Assembly (NCBI RefSeq): GCF_006345805.1
Contig: NC_043011.1
Location: forward strand, 8,618,001-8,682,000
DNA length: 64,000 nt
Reading direction: 5' to 3'
Origin: Octopus sinensis
Taxonomy: Eukaryota
Under the pieces are notes generated by a model. That model ran no database searches. It was not told the DNA's origin and saw only the letters and a list, made by a program, of their open reading frames with translations. A program made the position numbers and the translations under genes. This document shows positions 52,880 to 64,000 of this stretch, one piece after another; positions within the stretch are counted from its first letter, which is position 1; each line of letters begins with the position of its first letter.

Positions 52880-53236
52880 ATATATAAATAAAGCTCAAGT
52901 TGTCTGTGTGTTGCAGGTTTGGTAGCCTTCAACTAACACTATCTCCTCCGAGACCCTGCGGCGCAAGCTGACCAAAATTGAGAGTATGATAAAAGAAGGC
53001 TTGCTCTTCCTTCTGTAGAAGAAAAAATTCAAATTGGACCATGTTAACACCAAAAATTATTTACACCAAAAAGGTGCTTTTTTTCTATGAAAATCCCTAT
53101 TTTTCGATGTATTTCAACCAGAAAAATGTTCACTTAAAGAGAATAACAAGCTACATAATGCAAAATTTTTACTTTTCAACAATTCCAAATCTAAAGGGTC
53201 GAAGCAAACCCAAGCAACGCCGGGTGATACTGCTAG
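52880..53236 (+). mobile_element. Same Helitron family
   Basis: Ends ccaagcaacgccgggtgatactgCTAG|t. Confidence 0.8.
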
Positions 53237-53254
53237 TCTATATGTATGAATATA

Positions 53255-53495
53255 CAGTAACCCCTCACTATATGACCATTCCGAAATATAACAATACCTC
53301 ACTATATTGTGGTTCACCTATTGCGCACTCAGTGCATTGCAGATTTTTCTGGCTAATGTCTGTAAATTTATATTGTGGAATTCTCAGTATATCACTGGTT
53401 CCTGTGGCTGATAGGTATTGTATATTATTTTAGATTTTAATTACTTTTCTGGGAGGTTTTGAAATGCAACACCTGTGGTAGTCGAGGGATTACTG
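53255..53495. mobile_element. Tigger/pogo-like MITE
   Basis: TA-cagtaacccctcacta ... tagtcgagggattactg-TA. Confidence 0.75.
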
Positions 53496-54313
53496 TATAC
53501 ACACACACACACACACACACATGCAACTGGTACTTAAATCTATCAACACCCGAAAGGGTAAAAAGCAAAGCTGACCTTGGCAGAATTTGAACTCAGAACG
53601 TAGTGGCAGATGAAATACTGCTAAGCATTTCGCCCGGCGTGCTAACGTTTCTGCCAGTTTGCCGCCTTAATAAAAGAAATTATTAAAATACTTCTGACAT
53701 TATCCAGCTGGGGTTTGGAACATATATTTATATGAAATTGTGATGGAAATTTTAATTTAGATTACTTTAAAATGGGAAGTTTGTAACATAGGACTAAGGG
53801 TGGTTTTAAGCGGGTTGGTACCTAAAGGATTAAGCCAAGGGAGCTGGCAGAATCATTAGCATGTCCGGCAAAATGCTTTGCAGCATTTCATATACCTTTA
53901 TGTTCTGAGTTCAAATTCCACCAAGGCCCATTTTGTCTTTTACCCTTTTGGGGTTGATAAAACAAGTACCAGTCAAACTCTTGGGTTGAAGGAATCTATT
54001 TAGCCCCTTCCCTGAAATTGCTGGCCTTGTGCCAAATTTCGAAACCAATACTTTAGTTCTTTACCCCTGTTAATAATATTTGATGATCTTTTCCTAGGTT
54101 TGTTAAGTTCAATTGTCTGTTTCTATTTAATTTTATTTCTTTTCCTCTGACCCCTGCCATTCCCTAAAACCTTAGTTTTCTCTCCCTCTTTCGTAATGGT
54201 GTTTTTTGTCATTGTTCTCTAGTCAAACCAGCCAGGTGTATTTTCTCTCCTTCCAATCGCTTCCTCCATTCACCTGTCTCACTCTATCCTCTTTTTCTCT
54301 TTTATTCCTGCAG

Positions 54314-54461
54314 TTGTAGCAGTACTACGAAGCCGTACTGGAAAGATGTTGTCCGGTCGGTGCAAGCGGCTACGGTGAAAATGAAAAAGATGCAGGAGCC
54401 TGGCTATTATCCGGTTACCAACAGAGAAATGAACACAGACCTTAGGCGGTTCCTTAGTGAG
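54314..54461 (+). CDS. NAGS: NAGS exon (CSSTTKPYWKDVVRSVQAATVKMKKMQEPGYYPVTNREMNTDLRRFLSE)
   Basis: Long polypyrimidine tract + cctgcag acceptor; donor gag|gtgctt. Joined to the next exon it reads DLRRFLSE-VGTDPKEARYWLKQF, ungapped against vertebrate NAGS [23 protein letters not shown] (recalled sequence). Confidence 0.85.
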
Positions 54462-55349
54462 GTGCTTAAGTAAACCTTTGCCCTCACACTCTACCCTACC
54501 TTCTCACTCTCTCTTTTATCTCTCTCTCTCTCTCTCTCTCTTGTCTCTATGTCTTTCTCTCTCCCCTTCATTTCTCTGCAACTTTTTCCCTTTGTCTCCT
54601 TCTTCCCTTTCTCCCCTTCTCTCTTTTACTCCTCTCTCTCTCTCTCTCTCTCACTGTCTCTATGCCCCACCTCCTCTCTCTTCCCCCTCTCTCCTTCTTT
54701 CTCTTTTTTTGCTTTTTCTCAATCTCTGATACCACCACCTCTTAAAACACTCTCTTCCCACTCCTCAGCCCTCCCCCCTCTATATTGTTTTGCCTCCTAC
54801 CAAGCCATACTACCTATTCTCTGCCTGCCTGTCTCTCTCTTTCTCAAACACACCCTCTCTATCACTCACTCACTCTCTCTCTATCTTTACTCCCACTTTC
54901 TCTTTCCCCTTCAAACACACTCTTCCTGGGTTTTCACCTCCTCTCCCTTACACTCAACCATACTCACCCTGTCCCCACTTTTCTCTCCTCCCTCTGTCAT
55001 TCCCCAACTACTACTACTACTTCTACTACTTACTACTCCTGCTGCTGTTAATCTTGAAAATCACTCCACTTTCTAAAATTAAATAAAAAAAAATAAAAAA
55101 GAAACATTGGAGCACTGCAGTTCCTGGTTACTGAGAAAGACAGGGTGGTCACAGCTGGAGCGCTTTTAACTAGAAACCTGCTCAACCAGTATTGACTTAG
55201 TGCTAAACGATATCAACAAAGGTCTGTGTTACTCAGTAGGCTCATAGTTACCTCCCTTGTTCTCTGCCTTATCCTAAACTATTTCAAACTAGATTTGTGC
55301 TACAGTCGCAAATAGGAACAGCAATGTGTGTGATATATATATATATATA

Positions 55350-55695
55350 TATTATTTTATTTGTTTCAGCCATTTGACTGCGGTCATGCTAGAGCACCAC
55401 CTTTAGTCGAACAAATCGACCCCAGGGCTTATTCTATCGGTCTCTTTTGCCGAACCACTAAGTTACTGGAACATAAACACACCAGCATCGGTTGTCAAGC
55501 GATGTTGGAACACACACACAAACATATATATAAACGACAGGCTTCTTTCAGTTTCCGTCTCCCAAATCCACTCACAAGACTTTGGTCGGCCAAGGCTACA
55601 GTAGAAGACACCCGTCCAAGGTGTCACTCTGTGGGACTGAACCCGGAACCATGTGGTTGGTAAGCAAGCTACTTACCACACAGCCACTCCTACAC
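55350..55695 (-). mobile_element. SINE family A (antisense, NAGS intron 2)
   Basis: Reverse complement of the consensus. Confidence 0.85.
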
Positions 55696-55885
55696 CTATA
55701 TATATATATGTATAATATGAAAGGGAAACCACTATGTGGATGCCCTTATGCTAGAAGAAGATCTGCTAAGACCTTACCACTAAGAAATGTTCTCAAGAAA
55801 TAAATTCAGCAAATAACCAAAACGTAATCGAGCAAGACAAAAGAAAAGCAATAAAAATATGGATTATTCACATACATGTTTCACT

Positions 55886-56300
55886 AGGCGCAGGAGTGGC
55901 TGTGTGGTAAGTAGCTTGTTTACTAACCACATGGTTCCGGGTTCAGTCCCACTGCGTGGCATCTTGGGCAAGTGTCTTCTACTATAGCCTCGGGCCAACC
56001 AAAGCCTTGTAAGTGGATTTGGTAGATGGAAACTGAAAGAAGCCCGTCGTATATTTGTATATATATATGCGTGTGTGTATTTGTGTGTCTGTGTTTGTCC
56101 CCCTAGCACTGCTTGACAACCGATGCTAGTGTGTTTATGTCCCCGTCACTTAGCGGTTCGGCAAAAAGAGACCGATAGAATAAGTACTGGGCTTACAAAA
56201 GAATAAGTCCCGGGGTCGAGTTGCTCGATTAAAGATGGTGCTGCAGCATGGCCACAGTCAAATGACTGAAACAAGTAAAAGAGTAAAAGAGAGAGTAAGA
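55886..56300 (+). mobile_element. SINE family A (sense, NAGS intron 2)
   Basis: Full head to tail. Confidence 0.9.
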
Positions 56301-56662
56301 GTATCACCATATTACGTAATTTAACTTACGCAAGATGTCCATAGATCTTTGGTCTGACCGTCCAAGTGAATATAATTTGCAGAACTGTATACTTGGACGT
56401 CCGCACAAAGTCGGACTTGTAAACAGTTCTACCTATTACATTTCAGGTAGAACTTGTAAACAGTTCAACCCGAACATTTCTTAGTGGTAAGACCATAGCG
56501 GATCAACTTATAGCATAAGGGCATCCACACGGTGGTTTCCCTCTCATATGTATATAATACAATTTTACTGAACCTTCAGTTTTTTTTATATGCTAGACCA
56601 CTGGTGTGAAATTGATATTAATTAAATTATTATCAAATTTCTCACCCTCATTTCAAATTATA

Positions 56663-56718
<56 letters not shown>

Positions 56719-56719
56719 T

Positions 56720-58042
56720 ATTACATTATATAAAAGGGCTTAGTAAAATAAATTACTTTGCCGCATACTGAACTCATTAGAAATAGCAGCTAAAAAACTT
56801 TTTTAAAGCTATTTCTAATACTTAAAGAAAATCTCTCTCATATATAGTGTTTGCTTAATTCAACTCACAAAAGTTTGGGGGTAAGGACATCGAAAAATCA
56901 AATGCTAAGGTTATTTGAGAACGTACGTTTCAAGATTAGTCAAAACAACATTTCTATCATCAGCTCAGAAATTCCTTGGTTTGGATTTGGAAACACTGAA
57001 AATAAGAACATACCCTTTCGAAGATCTGCTCGTAACTAACAGTGCCAACAAATTCAAATAAGCAAGCGAAGAATCTCTGTTCTCCCCTTTCCACCAGCGT
57101 GGGTTAAAATCATCAAACACTATGCTTATTTTGGTAAAATCCGAAGCATTAATCAGAGGGAGATTAATTATAATTTCAACAATTGAGGGCAAAATTAATT
57201 AATTATTAATCAATTTCACCAAGTGTTCAGTATGCAAAGGGACCATTCAAGGCGAATTCAAATTATTACTTTATATAAAAGGGCTTAGTAAAATAAATTA
57301 CTTTGCCGCATACTGAACTCATTAGAAATAGCAGCTAAAAAACTTTTTTAAAGCTATTTCTAATACTTAAAGTAATTTATTTTACTAAGCCCTTTTATAT
57401 AATGTAATAATTTGAATTCGCCTTGAATGGTCCCTTTGCATACTGAACACTTGGTGAAATTGATTAATAATTAATTAATTTTGCCCTCAATTGTTGAAAT
57501 TATAATTAATCTCCCTCTGATTAATGCTTCGGATTTTACCGAAATAAGCATAGTGTTTGATGATTTTACCCACGCTGGTGGAAAGGGGAGAACAGAGATT
57601 CTTCGCTTGCTTATTTGAATTTGTTGGCACTGTTAGTGGGAGCAGATCTTCGAAAGGGTATGTTCTTATTTTCAGTGTTTCCAAATCCAAACCAAGGAAT
57701 TTCTGAACCGATGATAGAAATGTTGTTTTGACTAATCTTGAAACGTACGTTCTCGAATAACCTTAGCATTTGATTTTTCGATGTCCTTACCCCCAAACTT
57801 TTGTGAGTTGAATTAAGCAAACACTATATATGAGAGAGATTTTCTTTAAGTATTAGAAATAGCTTTAAAAAAGTTTTTTAGCTGCTATTTCTAATGAGTT
57901 CAGTATGCGGCAAAGTAATTTATTTTACTAAGCCCTTTTATATAATGTAATAATTTGAATTCGCCTTGAATGGTCCCTTTGCATACTGAACACTTGGTGA
58001 AATTGATTAATAATTAATTAATTTTGCCCTCAATTGTTGAAA
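56720..58042. repeat. Head-to-tail ~545-bp unit array with an internal strand switch (foldback)
   Basis: aaaagggc recurs at 56732 and 57277 on +; its complement recurs at 57389 and 57932; inversion junction at aaag 57369-57372. Confidence 0.9.
56916..56967 (-). ncRNA. Hammerhead-like motif in the 545-bp tandem unit
   Basis: Minus strand tgag-CTGATGA-(25 nt)-GAAA-cgtacgtt-ctca; palindromic helix III; weak helix II. Confidence 0.45.
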
Positions 58043-59835
58043 ATATATATATATATATATATATACACGACGGGCATCTTTCAGTTTCCGTATACCAAAT
58101 CCACTCACAAGGCTTTGGTCGGCCCATGGCTATAGTAGAAGACACTTATCCGAGGTGCCACGCAGTGGGACTGAACCCAGAACAATGTGGTTGGGAAGCG
58201 AGCTACTTACCACACAGCCATATGTGTCGTGGCTGTGTGTGTAAGAAACTTGCTTTACAGTCATATGGCTTTAGGTTCCACCCCACTGCATGGTACATTT
58301 GGCAAGCGTCTTCTACTACAGCCCTTGTCAGATTATGCCTAGTGAATGAATTTGGTCGATGGAAACTGTGTGGAAGCCTGTTGTGTGTTTGTCTCCTGTA
58401 GAAATCTGACAAATGGTGTTGGTTTGTTTATGTCTCCGTAACTTAGCAGTTCAGTAGAAGAAATCGACAGAATAAGTACCTGGCTTTAAAAAAACCCAAA
58501 AAGGACTAAGTACTGGTGGCAATTTGTTCAACTAAGCCCTTTATGGTGGTGCTCCAGTATGGCCTCAGTCCAATAACTGAAACAAATAAAAGATAAAGGA
58601 TAAAAACAAAATATACATAAAAATATGTAAAAGTGTTTGGCAACAGGAAGGGCATCCAACCGTGACCACCCTACCAAAATAGACAATGATGCTTTGTGCA
58701 GTCCTCTGTCTTAGTAGCTCCTGTCACACTATCCGACCCATACCAGCATGGAAGGTGGACACTGGATGATGATGATGATGATATAGTTGAAATTTATAGG
58801 AAATGCAAAAGACAAAGACAGGTGTATGAACGATGAGCAGGTGTGTGAGTTTGATGCTTGGGAAAGTGAGAAAGTCTTTTGCGTTTTGGATTGGTGGGGA
58901 GAGAGAGAGAGAGCCAAGAGGTTTTGCTGAGATTTTTCTTCCAATAATGGTAAACTTGCATGTTTACCAAACAGATAGTTTGTTGTAGGTATGTGGGTGT
59001 GAGTCCATGGGTAGGTAAGAGTGGCTCTAAGTTGGTGGGTGGTGGTCACATGCATAATGTGTATATAGATTGATAAATGCTATCTTCTATATCTTGTATT
59101 TTATTTTTACTTATTTCACTTGTGAACTGGCCATGCTACGGTGCCTCCTTAAAGAGTTTTAGTTGTGTAAATTGACCCCAGTACTTATTTGTTTCCAACA
59201 CTAAGATGTGAGGATGTAAACAAACCAACAGTCATTATCAAGTGATGGTGTGGGACAAACATAACCAGAAATATAAAGATACAGACTTACATATTCCTTT
59301 CATCATCATCATCGTTTAACATCCGCTTTCCATGCTAGCATGGGTTGGATGAATGACTGAGGGCTGGTGAACCAGATGGCTGCACCAGGCTCCAGTCTGA
59401 TCTGGCAGTGTTTCTACAGCTGGATGCCCTTCCTAACGCCAACCACTCCATGAGTGTAGTGGGTACTTTTTACTTGCCACCAGCACAGGTGCCAGGGGAG
59501 GCTGGCAGCAGCCACGATCGGTTGGTGCTTTTTACATGCCACCAGCACAGAAGCCAGTCAAGGCAGCACTGGTATCGGCCACGCTTGGATGTGCTTTTTA
59601 CGTGCCACCGGCACAGGTATCACAACTACAATTTCCATTTGATATTCATTTTGACGTTGATGTACTTGACTCAATAGGTCTCCTCAAGCACAATACACAG
59701 ATGGACATTCACACACAGACAAACACACTCACAGACACACACACACGTGCACACCAATTTCTTTCCTGTATGAAACACTCACACACACACACATGCATTC
59801 TTCATTGATGGTTCTCTTTTTTTCCATTCCTCCAG

Positions 59836-59952
59836 GTTGGAACAGACCCAAAGGAAGCCCGTTATTGGTTAAAACAGTTTGTTATTGGAGAGAGCATCAG
59901 ACCATTTGCCGTTGTTCAAGTTGATCCAGAAGTCTTCTGTGAAAAAGCACAA
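59836..59952 (+). CDS. NAGS: NAGS exon (VGTDPKEARYWLKQFVIGESIRPFAVVQVDPEVFCEKAQ), start of the AAK-like domain
   Basis: ttccattcctccag|g acceptor and caa|gtaagt donor; 117 nt, phase 0-0. The EARYWLKQF and PFAVVQVDPEV motifs match vertebrate NAGS [9 protein letters not shown] and PFAVIEVDEEV. Confidence 0.93.
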
Positions 59953-60177
59953 GTAAGTTTTCTAGGGGTCAATTGCTTCTGCCTAAAAACGGATGCAGGG
60001 GTCTTATGTCTTGATTCTTCGTTCATTTATTGTTAACATTTTCTTTTCGGTCAAAGTAAGGTGGCAAGCTGGTGGAATCCTTACCTGCTGCAGGACCTGC
60101 TAAGTGACGTTTCTTCCAACTTCTCATTCTGAGTTCAAATTCCACTGAGATCAATTTGGGTTTGCTCTTTTACCCTT

Positions 60178-60372
60178 TTACTTGTTTCAGTCATTTGACT
60201 GTGGCCATGCTGGAGCACCGCCTTTAGCCGAACAAATCGACCCCAGGACTTACTGTTTGTAAGCCTATTCTATCGGTTCTTTTGCCGAACTGCTAAGTTA
60301 CGGGAACGTAAACACACCAGCATCGGTTGTCAAGCGATGTTGGGGGGACAAACACAGACACACAAACATATA

Positions 60373-60440
<68 letters not shown>

Positions 60441-60612
60441 CTATGTATATGATGGGTTTCTTTCAGTTTCCGTCTACCAAATCCATTCACAAGGCTTTGG
60501 TCAGCCCATGTCTATAGTAGAAGACACTTGGCCAACATGCCACGCAGTGGGACTGAACCCGGAACTATGCGGTTCATAAGCAAGCTACTTACCACACAGC
60601 CACTCTTACGCC
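60178..60612 (-). mobile_element. SINE family A (NAGS intron 3). Further copies or fragments at ~2000-2290, 15125-15280, 23985-24185, 36380-36540, 37065-37380, 41270-41610, 58065-58605, 60780-60950, 62170-62570
   Basis: Reverse complement of the consensus. Confidence 0.85.
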
Positions 60613-61269
60613 TATGTGTGTGTGTGTGTGTGTATTTCATACAAGAAAGAAATTGGTGTGTGTGGCCAATCCTTACCCGGTTTCCAGGCAAAGTAATATT
60701 TCCTTGTGGCCAAAACTTTTTTCACAGAAATGCAAAACACTGCTTGTATAACAGGGATGCTCATTTACAACCCTCATATCAAAACAAGGAGTCAGACACA
60801 CACACACACATATGCACATATGAAAGGCTTTGTTCAGTTTCTGTCTACCAGATTCGCTCACAAGGCTTTGGTTGGCTCAGGGCTATAGTAGAAGACACGT
60901 TGCCTGGGTATTGTGTGTGGGAAGAGCAAACGTCTTAACCACATGGCCACACTAGCAGCTATTCTAATGAAATGTAGCTGCTATCTCTAGTAGGCCTAGT
61001 GACCACATAGAGACTCTTTCCTCAACTTGATGAGCCATAACATGTTTTTCACTCTTTCTCTCTCTCTTTCTTTTCCTCTCACTCTTTCTCTCCCTCTATC
61101 CCTCTCTTTCTCCTTCACCCTCTCTCTCTCTCTCTTTTCCTCTCACTTTTTCTCTCCTTCCCTCTCCTCTCCTTCTATCCCTCTCTTTCTCCTTCACCCT
61201 TCTCTCTCTCTCTTTCTTTTCCTCTCCCTCTATCCCTTTCTCTCTCTTCTTCACCCTCTCTCTCTCTCA

Positions 61270-61305
<36 letters not shown>

Positions 61306-61331
61306 ATGTGCTGTGTATGTCTTCCTTCCAG

Positions 61332-61445
61332 CTCGAAGCCTTTGCCTCGTGTATCTCCTTCCTGCATCGGAACAGTATGCGTCCGGTTGTCATTCTGGGA
61401 ACTGACTTCAATGAGAATGAAACCATGAAAACAGAAGACTTTAAG
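61332..61445 (+). CDS. NAGS: NAGS exon (LEAFASCISFLHRNSMRPVVILGTDFNENETMKTEDFK)
   Basis: cttccttccag|c acceptor and aag|gtaagg donor; 114 nt, phase 0-0. SFLHRNSMRPVVILG matches vertebrate AFLQRMDMKPLVVLG. The gene continues past the window end. Confidence 0.93.
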
Positions 61446-63202
61446 GTAAGGTTTCAAATCACCCCAACGCCCTTTTGATTTTAATTTTATCTTTTACTCA
61501 TTACAGTCAGTGAACTGTGGCCATGCTGGGGCACACCCTGGAAGGATTTCAGTCAAACAGATTGAAACCCCACCCGCCCCACTCCACCCCCCGGTATTCA
61601 TGCTTTTCTCTTTCAGTTTGGTCTCTTATTGAACTGCTAAGTAATGGGGATGTAAACAAACCAATATCTGTTGTCTGGTAGAGGGGTGGAACACACACAC
61701 ACATGCGCGTAAATATCTATATTTACAACTCACAAGGGGCTAAACATAGAGTGGACAAACAAGGACAGAAAAACGGATTAAGGTGATTACATCAACCCCA
61801 GTGCATAACTGTTACTTAATTTATCGACCCCGAAAAGATGAAAGGCAAAGTCGACCTCGACGGAATTTGAACTCACAACGTAAAGGATCAAAGGTCCTTC
61901 CCAAGACAGGCTCATGAAACTGGTTCCCTGGATTAGCTTGTATATCCCCCCCCCGATCATCTGAACAGGGCACTGGCCTGTTGTAGGGCAACTCATTTTT
62001 GCCTGTTGTGTGAAATAAAGTGCATTGCCCAAGAACACACTGTATTGCCTAGTCCGGGAATTGAAACCACAACCTTACAATCATGAGTCCATCACCTTAA
62101 CCATTAAGCCATGCACCTAGTTTCCACCGACCGAATTCACTCACAAGGCAGTGGTGTGGCTGAGGCTATTTTACTCTTTTACACTGGTTTAAGTCATTTG
62201 ACTGCGGCCATACTGGAGCACCGCCTTTTAGTCGAACAAATCGACCCCAGGATTTATTACTTGTAAGCCTAGTACTTATTCTATTGGCCTCTTTTGCCGA
62301 ACCGATAAGTTACGGGAACGTAAACAAACCAACATCAGTTGTCAAGCGAGGGTGGGGATGGGGAGGATGGACAAACACAGACACACAAATACATAAATGT
62401 ATTTGATGGGCTTCTTTCAGTTTCCTTCTACCAAATCCACTCACACAGTTTTGGTCGGCCCGAGTTTATTGTAGGGGGCACTTGCCCAAGGTGCCATGCA
62501 GTGGGACTGAACCTGGAACTATGTGGCTGGGAAGCAAGCTTCTTAGCACACAACCACTCCCGCACCTACTTGCACAAGGTGCTATAGGATTGAACCTGAA
62601 ACCACATGGTTATAATGCAAGCTTTTTAATCACCTGGCCATATCTGTGCTTCATTTATGTATTTTAAAAATTTAAAAATACCTCTGGTATGGAATCAGTC
62701 CATCTGCTATTTAAACATTTTCTGTAATTACATAATGCAAATCACCTCACCATTTTGCGGCATAAATTCTAGAAAGTTTGGTCCACTGAAGAATTTGCTG
62801 TTATAATGGGGATTCCTTGTCCACTGTAATATTCTTGTTGCCACTATTCCGTTGTTGCGGTATTCCACATCTTATTATCTTTGACTCGTCTATCATGCTA
62901 TTGCTGATAGTGCTACAAGGCAATGACTTTGAAACGTCTACCTTGATGGTAACTCGAACTCATACATATCATGTTACTGACACTGACTCCAACTGAGAAC
63001 TCACATGACTCTACTACTACTGACCTCCTACAACGACTGACTGTCTGACTTTATAGTGGCTGGTTCATACCACTTTATCACGTGGGAAGGAGTATACCAT
63101 CTTCACAACATTTACCTATCAACATAGATTAGCAAGCATCATCTTAGAGACAGAAGGCAAAGTGGTGAAGGAAGAAGCCAGAAATTCCTCGGCGATATTT
63201 GA

Positions 63203-63795
63203 TCCTTTATGGTTCAGATTATTCTATCAAACATTATTCTTGTTTATTCAAACTGTTTTCAATTTAATCATGTAATATCTCGTAGCTTTGCGATTTCCTT
63301 ATTGTCATTGTTCACTTTTACAATGACATTGTAGGGTGGTTATGTGAGAGACCAGATCCGGCCAGTTTGGACATTAAATAGGTGGAGTATCTGGGCCAGA
63401 TATGGCCAGTTTAAACACCAAAGGGTTAAGTTAAAAAAAGCCCTCCTAAACAACAGTTTACAAGGTAGTTTTCACGTGTTGTGCATCCTTCACATAACAA
63501 AAAAATTGTTTCTTTTTTGTCTCTGGTCATTTCCTGTTTGTTGCTATCAGATCTGGCCAATTTGTATATAAAATGGTGAGCATTTGGACCAGATATGGCG
63601 AATTTAACTCTTTAGCATTCACATTGTTTTGAATTAATCACACATTATCTTTGAACTTCAAGATATCAATGGTGTGTTTGTATATGCATTTAGAATGGCG
63701 TTGTAGAGTAGGTGTGATAGGTTGCATCTGGCCAGTTTTAATGTAAAGCAGGCAGAATATTTGGGCCAGATTTAACCAGCTTAAATGCTAAAGGG
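63203..63795. mobile_element. Two adjacent piggyBac-like MITEs (family 3): ~63203-63425 and 63608-63795
   Basis: ttaa-ctctttagcatt ... aaatgctaaaggg-ttaa termini; the two copies share internal similarity. Confidence 0.65.
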
Positions 63796-64000
63796 TTAAA
63801 GTTATTTAGATTAAAACTTTCTGTCCGAACATCATGTTGATTTATCTTCCAAACACCAGCTTAATGAGGACAAAGTTATCTTGCTAAATTGTTAATTATT
63901 TTCAAAATTAATTACAGCAAAGGCAGTGAATTTCAACAAAAATCATCATCATTGTTTTATGTCTGCTTTCCATGCTGGCATGGGTCGGACAGTTTGACTG

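Noticed and set aside
54314-54469. Alternative reading of NAGS exon 2 as a symmetric 156-nt exon ending at AA|GTAAAC
   Set aside because: It frameshifts the next exon into a stop, and NAGS homology requires the 54461 donor. It is kept only as a possible non-productive isoform.
56851-57820. ORFs MLNSTHKSLGV.. and MDLETLKIRTYPFEDL.. as protein genes
   Set aside because: They are short duplicated frames inside the 545-bp repeat with no splice structure; any GIY-YIG resemblance is too weak to call.

Overview
AT-rich, repeat-saturated eukaryotic DNA. The SINE families, (TA)n/(CA)n/(ATT)n microsatellites and overall composition strongly suggest an octopus (coleoid cephalopod) genome; this is inference. 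The one host gene I can support is invisible in the ORF track because its exons are short: the 5' part of a vertebrate-type mitochondrial N-acetylglutamate synthase (NAGS) on the + strand. Its exons are 40827-41095 (candidate presequence exon), 54314-54461, 59836-59952 and 61332-61445, and the gene continues beyond the window. The rest is mostly transposon debris: three tRNA-headed SINE families, RTE and R4/Dong LINE fragments, mariner, hAT/Buster, piggyBac-like and Tigger-like MITEs, and Helitrons. There are also many (TA)n-anchored foldback elements, several carrying minimal hammerhead-ribozyme motifs of the Penelope/retrozyme type. The most unusual structure is a ~545-bp head-to-tail repeat that switches strand to form a ~1.3-kb foldback in NAGS intron 2; its antisense hammerhead core is intact while the copy on the NAGS sense strand is mutated. 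No CRISPR array, rRNA gene or bona fide tRNA gene was found. TE coordinates are approximate (about 10-20 nt) unless TIRs or TSDs are quoted.
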